A stretch of 37,169 nucleotides of DNA from Candidatus Woesearchaeota archaeon (GCA_964428375.1 CAYRXX010000001.1:1-37169), one strand, 5' to 3'; counted from the first letter of the stretch, positions 1-9,007 are shown. A program made the numbers and translations. The notes: a model not told the origin generated them from the sequence alone.

Positions 1-492
1 GTTAAGGCTTGGAATTGGACTTTTGGGAAAACGAAAGCTGATTTAGCTAATTATTTATTGACGGTTGCTCCGGTTTTTGAGGGTGTTGGATTTATGATGG
101 ATGGAACTTCAGTTGCAGGTGCAGCTCTTACTATAGCGTATCTTGCCATGTCTCACTATTCCCAGAAAAGAAACAAAGAGCAAGAAGAAAGAGAAAAGAA
201 GGTTTCTATGGATGGAGTTATGATTGCTAAGGATGATTATAATAATACTCGAAATGTAATGCTCGGTTATGGTTTTGCTGGGCTTTCTGCCACTGAGATT
301 TCTGCCGCAAGCCCTGACATGGTGACGCTTGGCGTTGGGCAAGGAATAAGGGCGGTATCCCATTATGTTATGAGAGCAGATTATTTACCTCCTGGAAAAA
401 ATAGAGCAAAAGACAAATTAGAAGATTTAGTTGAGAAAACTAAAATAAGAAATTTAGAACCCGCTTTTAGTCGTATGAAATTATTTCCCTAA
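1..492 (+). CDS. hypothetical protein, C-terminal part (frame open to the left window edge)
   Basis: Frame 1 is stop-free from base 1 to TAA 490-492; the track ORF 58..492 starts at an internal TTG. One hydrophobic stretch (VAGAALTIAYLAM). No family recognised. Confidence 0.4.
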   Translation, partial: VKAWNWTFGKTKADLANYLLTVAPVFEGVGFMMDGTSVAGAALTIAYLAMSHYSQKRNKEQEEREKKVSMDGVMIAKDDYNNTRNVMLGYGFAGLSATEISAASPDMVTLGVGQGIRAVSHYVMRADYLPPGKNRAKDKLEDLVEKTKIRNLEPAFSRMKLFP

Positions 493-1068
493 AAGGTATG
501 CGTAATCTTTAATAATTCTCCACGTGTTTTTAGAAACCAATTTGCTAATATCTTTTCCTTCTTGAGATGCCTGACGGATTTTACTGCCGGAAATATTTGA
601 GATTCCCAGAACTTCTATTAAATTTGTGTGTATTGTGAGGTTTTTCCTCGCCTCATCTGTTAATGGCATTTCTTTTCTATTCGCATATAATATGTTCGGA
701 ATTTCATATGGCTTGGACTTTTCCTGATATTTCTCTGCAATTAAGTTTAGGACATCTGAACCAGCGACGAGAACAGAATATTTGTTTCGGTCTAAATCGA
801 GATTAGTCCCAGATGCAGTTATATTAAACTTGTCGGATAGTTCGTGTCTGATAATAAAATCCTGAATGGTTGTAGCTCTTACCTCTCGTGGTAAAGAATA
901 ATCATTTTTATCGATTCCGATATAGATGTCTGTGGATGTGCAAAATCTTTTAGACAATTGAAATAAATACTCGTGTCCTTCGTGTAGCGGGTTGAATGAT
1001 CCGACGAGTAATCCCTTTTTGAATTTTAAGTTTCGGTGATAGCTCATTTTACCTTTCAATCTTTCCAA
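481..1068 (-). CDS. NMN/NaMN adenylyltransferase-like nucleotidyltransferase (cytidylyltransferase fold)
   Basis: HxGH-type motif GSFNPLHEGH near the N-terminus, VAGSDVLNLI in the middle and ISNISGSKIR (ISxxxIR) near the C-terminus. The start could also be M8 (1047). Confidence 0.6.
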   Translation of the reverse strand: MERLKGKMSYHRNLKFKKGLLVGSFNPLHEGHEYLFQLSKRFCTSTDIYIGIDKNDYSLPREVRATTIQDFIIRHELSDKFNITASGTNLDLDRNKYSVLVAGSDVLNLIAEKYQEKSKPYEIPNILYANRKEMPLTDEARKNLTIHTNLIEVLGISNISGSKIRQASQEGKDISKLVSKNTWRIIKDYAYLLGK

Positions 1069-1838
1069 GCCATTTCAAACATATAAGACAAAGATGTCGT
1101 GAAGAAAGGCGAATTTATCCAGACACCGTAATCAAAATCCTCATGGACGTTTGTCGGTTTTATCGTGAAAATTAATTCTGTTCTGTCAGCGACGATAAAC
1201 CGTGCGTTTATTGGTTTTGATTTAATTTTGACCCCAAGTTTCTTTGAAAGTTTCTTTGCTTCCTCGTCGCTGTCGCCAATCATAACTTTAATATCAACAT
1301 TTCGTTTGTTTAATTTTGCAAAAGTGGATTTAAACATTTTCATTTTGGATGAAAGTTCGTAAGACGAGGAAACCAGATGAATGCTTCTGCTCGCCGACTC
1401 CATAACTGCTCGCATCTGTAAGTAGAGATTTGTTCTTCCTTTAATTGATGTTGAGAGTTCACGATTTTTAATTGGTTCGAAAATCGTATTGTGTAATTCC
1501 TTGAGTTTCTTGTATTCTGTGGTATCTTTTAATTCAGAGAGTGTTTTGAGTTTTTCTTTTGCTTCGGTTTCGGTATTATTTCTTAGTTTTTCGATTACAA
1601 TCTCTGGATTAACCGCAATATATTTTACTGGTTTTCCAAGTTTTTGGATTACAAATCCTCGTTTCTCTAGGGATTCTAGAACATCGTAAGTTCTTGAACG
1701 AGGAACCCCAGAAAGTTCTGCGATTTCCCCTGCCGATGAGATTCCCTTTGACAATAAGGCTAGCCAGACTTTCGTCTCGTAAATATTCAACCCGAAATCT
1801 CCTTTCAGTTTCTTTATAAGTTCTGGTTTTAGTAACAT
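1056..1838 (-). CDS. trmB: TrmB-family transcriptional regulator
   Basis: N-terminal winged helix NIYETKVWLALLSKGISSAGEIAELSGVPRSRTYDVLESLEKRGFV plus a TrmB-type C-terminal domain; ATG at 1838. Confidence 0.8.
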   Translation of the reverse strand: MLLKPELIKKLKGDFGLNIYETKVWLALLSKGISSAGEIAELSGVPRSRTYDVLESLEKRGFVIQKLGKPVKYIAVNPEIVIEKLRNNTETEAKEKLKTLSELKDTTEYKKLKELHNTIFEPIKNRELSTSIKGRTNLYLQMRAVMESASRSIHLVSSSYELSSKMKMFKSTFAKLNKRNVDIKVMIGDSDEEAKKLSKKLGVKIKSKPINARFIVADRTELIFTIKPTNVHEDFDYGVWINSPFFTTSLSYMFEMAWKD

Positions 1839-1866
1839 GTTATTACTATTATATGACTAACAGCCT

Positions 1867-1874
1867 TTTATAAA
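1867..1874 (-). promoter_or_regulatory. TATA-like box (tttataaa) upstream of the trmB-like gene
   Basis: Palindromic octamer ending 29 nt from ATG 1838, implying a short leader of about 7 nt. Confidence 0.35.
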
Positions 1875-1911
1875 TCTTTGCGTTAGTTGTCTTTTGTAAG
1901 GAGTTACAGAG

Positions 1912-2856
1912 TTAAAAAAACATTTTCCAAATCAACAACCCCAAAAAGATTCCCGTCGTGATGTATGGCATGGCTGGATATGCCTTGCCTTTTTTGGAGA
2001 ATAGGAATATGCTCAATAACCCGGCTAAACTTCCAACTATAATAAAGATTGCAGGGATTATACCATACGCTCTCATAAAAACTCCAGCTGTAATTATTGG
2101 GAAGATGACGTCTCCCCCTCCGAGAATTGCGAGATTGACCTTAAATTTTTTCTTCTTTACTGAACTTGGCATTTCCTTGTTTTTGTATTTTATTTTCAGA
2201 TTTTTTATTTGTGCCTTGACTTTTTGGGACGCCGACGGTAAGAGAAACCCTCCAAATATTTTTAATTCATCCATCTGAAATTTTGCCATTTTTTGCATTA
2301 TGCCAGATTTCCAAACTGCCCATGCGTCGTAAATTGAGATAAGAATTAAGAGAATTATTATTGAATATACTGTGAGGATTGGGACGAAAACTGCGGCTAT
2401 CCCAGGGTAGATTAAAAGTTCTGTAATGTTGTGAAGATATAGATTAGGTTTGAATATTTTTAAGAAGGATAATGGGGTTGCTATTAGGAGAGCAATAAAA
2501 GATGCGTTTGCTATCGAGAAATGTTCGAAAATTGCGTTTAGTGAGATTGCCAGTGCCAAGATAACAACGAAGAAAAACCAGAGTCGGATAATCATTTTCC
2601 ATTTGTATTTTGTTAATATAAAGATTAAGGCGAATGCGAGGGCGAATGATAGAATAAGAGATGAAAATGTTGGGGTGGATGCGTTTTGTGACTCTTGAAG
2701 TCCGAAAGGGAGAGGAACTTGGGTGTGTGATATTTTTCCTGTAATGGGATTCGTTATTGTCGAGGGGGAATAGACTTGCACGACAAAAAGCCCGATGAGT
2801 TGAGTCACTAAAAACATGGATAGAAGGAGGAGGGTTATAGATAGTTTATGTTTCAT
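1912..2856 (-). CDS. presenilin / signal-peptide-peptidase-like GxGD intramembrane aspartyl protease
   Basis: Polytopic membrane protein with the catalytic motifs in the canonical order: SIYDAWAV (YD), LGGGDVIFP (GxGD), YPAMPY (PAL-like). Confidence 0.75.
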   Translation of the reverse strand: MKHKLSITLLLLSMFLVTQLIGLFVVQVYSPSTITNPITGKISHTQVPLPFGLQESQNASTPTFSSLILSFALAFALIFILTKYKWKMIIRLWFFFVVILALAISLNAIFEHFSIANASFIALLIATPLSFLKIFKPNLYLHNITELLIYPGIAAVFVPILTVYSIIILLILISIYDAWAVWKSGIMQKMAKFQMDELKIFGGFLLPSASQKVKAQIKNLKIKYKNKEMPSSVKKKKFKVNLAILGGGDVIFPIITAGVFMRAYGIIPAIFIIVGSLAGLLSIFLFSKKGKAYPAMPYITTGIFLGLLIWKMFF

Positions 2857-3039
2857 TGTTCGATAAATGTGAAGTGTTGGATTGTCACTTCTTTTTCTTT
2901 GGCAGTGTTTAAAGGTATATAAGAGTTTAGTTGGTGCGAAATCGCTTACCGCTAACTTTAAAAAGTGATTTTAATATTATGTTTTGTATTGTTGTTGATT
3001 CGCAATATAATTAAATTAACTAAATATAAAAGAAGAAAA

Positions 3040-4326
3040 ATGGCTAAAGAAAAACCGGGAATTAATGTTGTCTTCGTTGGACACGTCGATCAAGGGAAGT
3101 CTACCTGTGTTGGTAGGGTATTCTTTGACGGTGGTGCAGTCTCTGATCAAGAGATGAAGAAGTTCAAGGAAGAAGCGGAAAAGAATGGTAAAGCTGGATT
3201 TGAATTTGCTTATGTAATGGATAATCTGAAGGAAGAGCGAGAGAGAGGAGTTACTATTAACTTATCTTATAAGAAACTTATGACTCAGAATTATGAAGTT
3301 ACAATAATTGATGCTCCAGGGCATAAGGATTTTGTCAAGAATATGATTACAGGTGCTTCGCAAGCGGATGCTGCTTTCTTAGTTGTTGGATGCGAAGATA
3401 GTGTTCAACCACAGACGAAAGAGCATGTTTGGTTGCTTAGAACTATGGGAGTTAAATCTCTTGCAATTCTTGTGAACAAGATGGATGTTGTTAATTATGA
3501 TGAGGCTAAATTCAACAAGACTGTTGAGGAAGTGAAAGCTGTTATTAAGCAGGCTGGATATAAACCGGATGAGACTCCGTTTATTGCAGGCTCAGCTTTG
3601 ATGGGCGATAATATTGCTCGGAAATCTGAAAATATGGACTGGTATAAAGGTCCTACTGTTTTAGAGCAGATTGATAAGTTTCCTATGCCTGAGAAGCCAA
3701 CCACCTTGCCTTTACGTATGCCAATTCAAGATGTTTACGATATCACTGGTATCGGGACTGTCCCTGTTGGAAAGATTGAAACTGGTATTATGAAGGTTGG
3801 ACAAAAAGTTATTGTCTTGCCTGGTAGGTCTGGAACTGGTATCTCTGGTGAAATTCGAAGTATTGAGGCTCATCATGAACAGCTCAAAGAGGCCGAGGCA
3901 GGAGATAATGTTGGTATCAGTATTCGAGGAGTCGGTAAAAAGGATATGGCTCGAGGAGACGTTATTTGTGAGATTAACCACCCAATCAGCATTGTCGAAG
4001 AATTTGAAGCACAGATTGCCGTAATTAATCACCCTACTGTTATCGCTAAGGGATATACACCAGTTTTCCATATTCATACAGCCCAAATTCCATGTCAATT
4101 TGTGGAATTAAAGGCAAGATTGGATCCTGCGACTGGGCAAGTTGCTCAAGAGAATCCGGACTTCCTAAAGAACGGGGACGTCGCTATCGTAAAGATTAAA
4201 CCAATCGGGAATATGGTAATGGAAGCTGTCGGAGAAAATCCGAATATGGCTCGATTTGCAATTCGTGACGCTGGAGTTACAGTTGCTGCTGGGGTTTGTA
4301 AATCTCTTATCGCTAAAAAAATTTAA
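3040..4326 (+). CDS. tuf: translation elongation factor aEF-1alpha
   Basis: MAKEKPGINVVFVGHVDQGKST P-loop, DAPGHKDF and NKMD motifs; full-length three-domain EF-1alpha. ATG 3040 chosen over the upstream GTG 2965. Confidence 0.97.
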   Translation: MAKEKPGINVVFVGHVDQGKSTCVGRVFFDGGAVSDQEMKKFKEEAEKNGKAGFEFAYVMDNLKEERERGVTINLSYKKLMTQNYEVTIIDAPGHKDFVKNMITGASQADAAFLVVGCEDSVQPQTKEHVWLLRTMGVKSLAILVNKMDVVNYDEAKFNKTVEEVKAVIKQAGYKPDETPFIAGSALMGDNIARKSENMDWYKGPTVLEQIDKFPMPEKPTTLPLRMPIQDVYDITGIGTVPVGKIETGIMKVGQKVIVLPGRSGTGISGEIRSIEAHHEQLKEAEAGDNVGISIRGVGKKDMARGDVICEINHPISIVEEFEAQIAVINHPTVIAKGYTPVFHIHTAQIPCQFVELKARLDPATGQVAQENPDFLKNGDVAIVKIKPIGNMVMEAVGENPNMARFAIRDAGVTVAAGVCKSLIAKKI

Positions 4327-4348
4327 GGTCTATTGACCTCCTTTTTTT
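4326..4348 (+). terminator. hairpin plus T7 tract after the EF-1alpha gene
   Basis: aggtc-tatt-gacct stem-loop (4326-4339) followed by cc and ttttttt (4342-4348), overlapping the stop codon. Confidence 0.45.
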
Positions 4349-4591
4349 ATTTTTATAATATCGCCCACGAGGGAAACCTCGGGGCAAACTATTTTTTAAT
4401 CTATAGTGCCTTCTGGCTTATTTTATTTATGAACAATATGCCCTATGGGGTTGAGTCTTGTCCGAGACAGTGCATGTTTCTTCTGCATGTAGGCGGGCGA
4501 GAGGAGAGCATATTGGAATAATATCAAGAGCAATTAGTTCTTTTTATCTAATCATATAAATTTTTAAAAAGTCGATGTGGTTTTGTTTTCT

Positions 4592-5155
4592 ATGGCAATT
4601 CAAGTTAAAGAAAAAAGCATCAAAGAGATGGAGAGAAAGTTGGTGTCTATGACCACGAGTTTTAATAAAATTACTTATTTGGAAAGTGCCCTAAAACAGT
4701 CCGCATCCAACTTTGAGATTAAGAGATTCTTATGGGGAGAGTTGGCGTTGCTTTATGGTCGACGGAAAATGTTCGAGCGAGCTGCTAAAGCACTTGAAAA
4801 TTTGGCATCTATGGAGCCGATGTTTAGGGATAGGATGGAGTCATATTTAATGGCGGCGGAGATGCTGTGTCGTATTGGCAAAATTGCCGAAGCTGATGAG
4901 ATGTTTGTTCGTGCAAGTCGTGATGCTGGAGAGCTTGATAAAAAAAAGATATTATTGGCAAGAAAGAACATTTATTTTAAGTTCGCCAGAGAACTTGACA
5001 ATGAAGGAAAGAGAGCAAAGGCTGTAAAATTCTATGAAAAACTGAATAAGATTAAATTAGAAAAAATTGAAAAAGAAAAAGTTATTGAAAAATTGAAAAT
5101 TTCATATAAGGCTTTGGGCATGTTTCGCGAAGAGAGATTGCTGAGCGGTAATTAA
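4592..5155 (+). CDS. hypothetical alpha-helical (TPR-like) protein
   Basis: Helical-repeat-like composition with no catalytic motif. ATG 4592 lies 22 nt after the TATA-like tttaaaaa (4563-4570), so the GTG at 4577 was rejected. Confidence 0.5.
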   Translation: MAIQVKEKSIKEMERKLVSMTTSFNKITYLESALKQSASNFEIKRFLWGELALLYGRRKMFERAAKALENLASMEPMFRDRMESYLMAAEMLCRIGKIAEADEMFVRASRDAGELDKKKILLARKNIYFKFARELDNEGKRAKAVKFYEKLNKIKLEKIEKEKVIEKLKISYKALGMFREERLLSGN

Positions 5156-5586
5156 ATATCTTCTTCGAGGTCGATGTCTGTTGTTATATCATCGTATTCG
5201 TTGTTTAAATTGTCTTCTTCTGGCATTTTATTTTGGGTTATTCTTCATCCTCAAGTTCCTCGTCATCGTCGAAGTCTTCTTTGTCCTCATCTTGTTCTTC
5301 TTGTGGTTTCACTGCCATTTTTGTTTAACCACATTCGAAGGTGGTGGGTTTAAGAGGTTTTATGAAGTTAGGTTGCCCCTTTTTTATTTAAATTTTGTTG
5401 GATAAAATCTTTATAAATCTTCGCACTGCTTTCTGATAGGAGTGTTTTTTAGTTGGGGCAAAGTTTTTAAATAGAGTTTGGTTTTTAGAATCGTTAGAAG
5501 TAGCTGGTCAGTTTATTATAATCACATTCATGTTTGCGAGTGAAAGAGAAGCGTTCTAATAATTTATAACTAAATGGAGAAAAAAT

Positions 5587-6750
5587 ATGGCAAAAATAAG
5601 TCCAACGTCGATAAAGTATCAGATTATTGCTAAATTTAATGCAGATGGCCCTTTTCAGAAGCCTGATGTCATCGGAGCTTTATTCGGTCAAACTGAGGGG
5701 TTGCTCGGTTCTGATATGGAGCTTCGGGAACTTCAGAAAGAAGGGAAGATCGGTAGAATTGAAGTTGATTTGAATAGCGAGAACGGTAAAACAACTGGAG
5801 AGATTACTATTCCAACTGCTCTTGATAAAACCGAGACAACTATAATAGCAGCAGCTTTGGAAACTATAGATAAGATTGGTCCAACAGATGCTAGAATCAA
5901 GATTCAGGAAATTTCTGATGTTAGGGGTTCTAAGCGAGACTACATTATGGAACGAGCAAAGGCACTTTTAGCAGGTATTTCAGATCAGGGTATGGATTCT
6001 ACTGAGATGGAAACTGAGCTCCGAGAGTCTGTTCGTGTTTCTAAGGCTGTCCAATATGGAAGCGAAGGTTTAGCTGCTGGTCCGAATATCGATGACGATA
6101 AGGAATTAATTGTTTGTGAAGGTCGAGCGGATGTTGTGAATATGTTAAAACATGGCATCAAAAATGTTATTGGTATGGATGGAACGCGGTTTCCGAAAAC
6201 AATAACGAAGCTTGGCGAGACAAAGGAATTGACTTTGTTCGTAGATGGAGACAGAGGCGGAAAACTAATTGCTCAAAATGTTTGTAATAATGCAAAGGTT
6301 GTTTATATTGCGACTGCTCCCGACGGCAAAGAAGTTGAAGAACTTGCTGGAAAGGAACTTTTACAGGCTTTGAGGAAGAAGGTACCTGCTGCGGTTTTCT
6401 TGAAGGAGCATAGTTCAGCGTTTAATAGGGTTCCTTCTACTAGAACAGATAGAGTTATCGAGGAGATTCCGAGAAGAGCGTTACGAGATGAGGATATTCT
6501 AAAGTTGCGGGAACTTGTTTCAGAGATAAAGGGAAGGAATGTTTTGGTTATCGATGAAAACTTAGAAGTCGTGAAGAATGTTTCGGTTCTTAGATTGGGG
6601 TCCGTCGATGCAAAGGATGCGTTTATCTTGATGGCAGCTTCGGTCGGTGAGGCAATTATCAATTCTGCGGAACGACTACACTCTAAGGCTGTTGCGGCAA
6701 AGATGTTCGGGAAAATTCCAGAGACAAGGATCGAATTAATTTCCTTGTAA
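5587..6750 (+). CDS. dnaG: archaeal DnaG primase (Toprim domain)
   Basis: N-terminal PDVIGALFGQTEGLLG signature and Toprim core CEGRADV ... LFVDGDRGG. Confidence 0.9.
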   Translation: MAKISPTSIKYQIIAKFNADGPFQKPDVIGALFGQTEGLLGSDMELRELQKEGKIGRIEVDLNSENGKTTGEITIPTALDKTETTIIAAALETIDKIGPTDARIKIQEISDVRGSKRDYIMERAKALLAGISDQGMDSTEMETELRESVRVSKAVQYGSEGLAAGPNIDDDKELIVCEGRADVVNMLKHGIKNVIGMDGTRFPKTITKLGETKELTLFVDGDRGGKLIAQNVCNNAKVVYIATAPDGKEVEELAGKELLQALRKKVPAAVFLKEHSSAFNRVPSTRTDRVIEEIPRRALRDEDILKLRELVSEIKGRNVLVIDENLEVVKNVSVLRLGSVDAKDAFILMAASVGEAIINSAERLHSKAVAAKMFGKIPETRIELISL

Positions 6751-6756
6751 ATTTAT

Positions 6757-6777
6757 GCCTCTTTTGAGGCCTTTTTT
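6757..6777 (+). terminator. hairpin plus T tract after dnaG
   Basis: gcctc-tttt-gaggc stem-loop followed by c and tttttt, then more T runs. Confidence 0.45.
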
Positions 6778-6792
6778 ATTTTTTTAAGAAGT

Positions 6793-6800
6793 TTTAAATA
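6793..6800 (+). promoter_or_regulatory. TATA box (tttaaata), leaderless geometry
   Basis: Octamer ends 22 nt before ATG 6822; purine-rich BRE-like agaag lies upstream. Confidence 0.45.
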
Positions 6801-6821
6801 GTTAGATCTATTTTTATAAGC

Positions 6822-7310
6822 ATGAAGGTAGAGGGTGATAAGAGTAGATTCTCGTGGGAGAAATGGCTGACGGTTATTGTTATAGTCGGAGTTATTTGGT
6901 CGGTTTGGTTTGTTTTCTTTAGTTATGATCATTGTAGAAATAGGTCATGCTTTGATACCCATCTTAAATCATGTGAAAGGGCAATTTTTATAGGAGGGAG
7001 CGATAGCATTTTCCGATATGCGATTAATGGAAAAAGTGGAGATGGTTGCAGCGTCGATGTAAAGTTGTTGCAAGGGAAATTAGATAATATGGATTCTATG
7101 AAGCTTGAGGGGAAAACTATGACATGTTTGCTTCCGTTCGGGGTTGTTGTTTCTCCAGAAAGTAATATTAATGTTTGTCATGGACTTCTTAAGGAGGGGT
7201 TACAGGATTTGATTATTAGAAATATGCATAGTTACTTAGTTCAAAACTTGGGACGTTTGAATTTGGCAGTTACTGGGTTACCGAATGTATCTTCCGTTGA
7301 GAAGGTTTAA
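6822..7310 (+). CDS. membrane-anchored hypothetical protein with a Cys-containing ectodomain
   Basis: N-terminal TM helix WLTVIVIVGVIWSVWFVFF followed by a soluble domain with 7 Cys. No family recognised. Confidence 0.5.
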   Translation: MKVEGDKSRFSWEKWLTVIVIVGVIWSVWFVFFSYDHCRNRSCFDTHLKSCERAIFIGGSDSIFRYAINGKSGDGCSVDVKLLQGKLDNMDSMKLEGKTMTCLLPFGVVVSPESNINVCHGLLKEGLQDLIIRNMHSYLVQNLGRLNLAVTGLPNVSSVEKV

Positions 7311-7333
7311 ATTGATGTAATTTCTATATTTGT

Positions 7334-8116
7334 ATGGTGCTTATTAAATTTGGTCCAGGTGGTTTAGGTCCGATAAAAGGGGCAATTAAAAGATTAGAAG
7401 AATTTCATGAACGTGGACTTAGGGCGTGTGAAATTGAATTCACCTATGGTCCATATATCAAGAAAAAAGAGGATGCATTAATGATTGGGAAACGAGCAAA
7501 GGAGCTTGGGATTTTTTTGTCAATACATGCTCCATATTTTGTAAATTTAAATTCTAAGGATGCGGAGAAGGTTGAGTCATCTAAGAAGAGAATTCTAAAA
7601 TGTTGTGAAATAGCGTCGTGGCTTGGTGCTAAGAGAGTTATTTTTCATGCTGGATTTTATACTGGAATGGACAAGGAGGACGTTTTTGAGAAGATTAAAA
7701 AAGAGACTATGGAGATGTTGGGGGTCATAAAGAAAAAAGGTTGGGATGTTGAGATTTGTCCTGAGGTTATGGGGAAGAAGAATGTTTTCGGTTCTATTGA
7801 GGAGGTTGGGAGATTGGTTCATGAAACTGGGTGCGGATTTTGTGTCGATGTTGCACATGTTCTTGCTCGGTATGGAAGATACGAATTTGAGAAGGTCGAG
7901 AAAGCATTTCCGCAGAAAGAATGGCATGTTCATTTTTCTGGAATAGAATATGGAGAAAAGGGCGAAAGGAAACATCTTCTTGTTGAAAAACGAGATTGGG
8001 AAGAAGTTTTAAGCTGGTTAAAGGGGGTAGATAAAGAGGTAGTTTTGGTTTGTGAAAGTCCTGATCCCCTTGGTGATGCTGTGAAGGGAGAGCGAATTTG
8101 GGAAAGTTTAAAATGA
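7334..8116 (+). CDS. endonuclease IV-like / xylose-isomerase-like TIM-barrel protein (AP endonuclease family 2)
   Basis: Motif series IHAPYFVNL, VIFHAG, CPEVMG, CVDVAHV, HFSGIEYG; TATA-like gtttaaat 7305-7312. Confidence 0.65.
   Translation: MVLIKFGPGGLGPIKGAIKRLEEFHERGLRACEIEFTYGPYIKKKEDALMIGKRAKELGIFLSIHAPYFVNLNSKDAEKVESSKKRILKCCEIASWLGAKRVIFHAGFYTGMDKEDVFEKIKKETMEMLGVIKKKGWDVEICPEVMGKKNVFGSIEEVGRLVHETGCGFCVDVAHVLARYGRYEFEKVEKAFPQKEWHVHFSGIEYGEKGERKHLLVEKRDWEEVLSWLKGVDKEVVLVCESPDPLGDAVKGERIWESLK
8107..8114 (+). promoter_or_regulatory. BRE/TATA (ggaaag + tttaaaat) for adk
   Basis: Ends 21 nt before ATG 8135 and overlaps the stop of the upstream gene. Confidence 0.4.
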
Positions 8117-8134
8117 GAGAAGATATATATTAAT

Positions 8135-8740
8135 ATGAATTTAATTTTGATTGGTCCGCAGGGAAGTGGGAAGGGAACACAGGCGGGACGGCTTGCGAAA
8201 AGGTTTGGATTGTGTCATCTTTCTAGTGGAGATATTTTGCGAAGTGTCGAAGGGGAATTGAAGGAGGAGGTTAATGAATTTATGAAGAGGGGAGAGCTTG
8301 TTCCTAATGAATTGGTGTTTAAAGTTCTAAAGAAAAGTATGGAAAGTTCTAAATGTAAAAAGGGATTTATCTTAGATGGATTTCCTAGGAATAAAGCTCA
8401 GGCGGAAGAGCTGAAAAAGATTGTAAATATAGACAAATGCATTGAGATTGTTATTTCTGATGTTGAGGCGATGAAGAGGATTTCTGGGCGTCGGACATGC
8501 GCTAAATGTGGGGCTGTGTATAATGTGGATAGTTTGCGTCCTAAGGTGGAAGGTGTTTGCGATTTGTGTGGAGGGAGATTGGTTATTCGAGATGATGATA
8601 ACGAAAGTGCATTGAAGCGAAGATTGCAACTTTACCACAGGGAGACAGAAAAGATTTTGCCTATGTTTAATTTTGTAAAGATAGATGGGGAACAGGATGC
8701 CTCCGAGGTTTTTAGGAACATCCTTAAGGTTTTAGAGTAA
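8135..8740 (+). CDS. adk: adenylate kinase, long type with a Cys4 zinc lid
   Basis: GPQGSGKGTQ P-loop, LSSGDILR, GFPRN, and lid CAKCG...CDLCGG. Confidence 0.93.
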   Translation: MNLILIGPQGSGKGTQAGRLAKRFGLCHLSSGDILRSVEGELKEEVNEFMKRGELVPNELVFKVLKKSMESSKCKKGFILDGFPRNKAQAEELKKIVNIDKCIEIVISDVEAMKRISGRRTCAKCGAVYNVDSLRPKVEGVCDLCGGRLVIRDDDNESALKRRLQLYHRETEKILPMFNFVKIDGEQDASEVFRNILKVLE

Positions 8741-9007
8741 TTCTTTTTCTTTTTCTAAATCTTCTTTTTGTCTTTTTTCGTCTTCTAACATACGTAGCCT
8801 GACATCTGATATTTTTTCGAGTACGAGCTTCGCTTTCTCTGGGGAATCTCGTGCTACATTGAGAACATATAGTATTTTACGTAGAATAGCGTCGTAGGAT
8901 TCTCCCTTATTTTCTCTCAATTTTTCTAATCGCAATTTTGTCTCTTCTAAAAGTTTTATTGTTGTGATTTTTTTCTTATCTTTTTCTTCCATTTTGTTGT
9001 TACTCAT
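8732..9007 (-). CDS. small ribbon-helix-helix-like protein with a charged coiled-coil tail
   Basis: Beta-alpha-alpha pattern ITTIKLLEETKLRLEKL...SYDAILRKILYVL. Its 3' end overlaps adk by 9 nt (convergent). Confidence 0.45.
   Translation of the reverse strand: MSNNKMEEKDKKKITTIKLLEETKLRLEKLRENKGESYDAILRKILYVLNVARDSPEKAKLVLEKISDVRLRMLEDEKRQKEDLEKEKELL

Noticed and set aside
2965-3039. A 25-codon N-terminal extension of the EF-1alpha gene from GTG 2965 (MILILCFVLLLIRNIIKLTKYKRRK).
   Set aside because: The conserved EF-1alpha N-terminus starts at MAKEKPG (ATG 3040). The extension is hydrophobic, AT-rich promoter-like sequence containing TATA-like ttaaatta at the expected distance.
4333-4521. 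A 62-aa track ORF in the gap after the EF-1alpha gene.
   Set aside because: It starts at a TTG inside the terminator T tract, has odd composition and no promoter at the usual spacing. A shorter internal ATG (4429) version of 30 aa cannot be supported either. The region is treated as non-coding or a possible RNA.
5181-5405. A 74-aa hydrophobic plus-strand ORF in the dnaG upstream gap.
   Set aside because: It has a TTG start and no internal ATG. Its open frame is explained by the pyrimidine-rich strand (the complement of GAA/GAT-rich sequence), which rarely produces stop codons.
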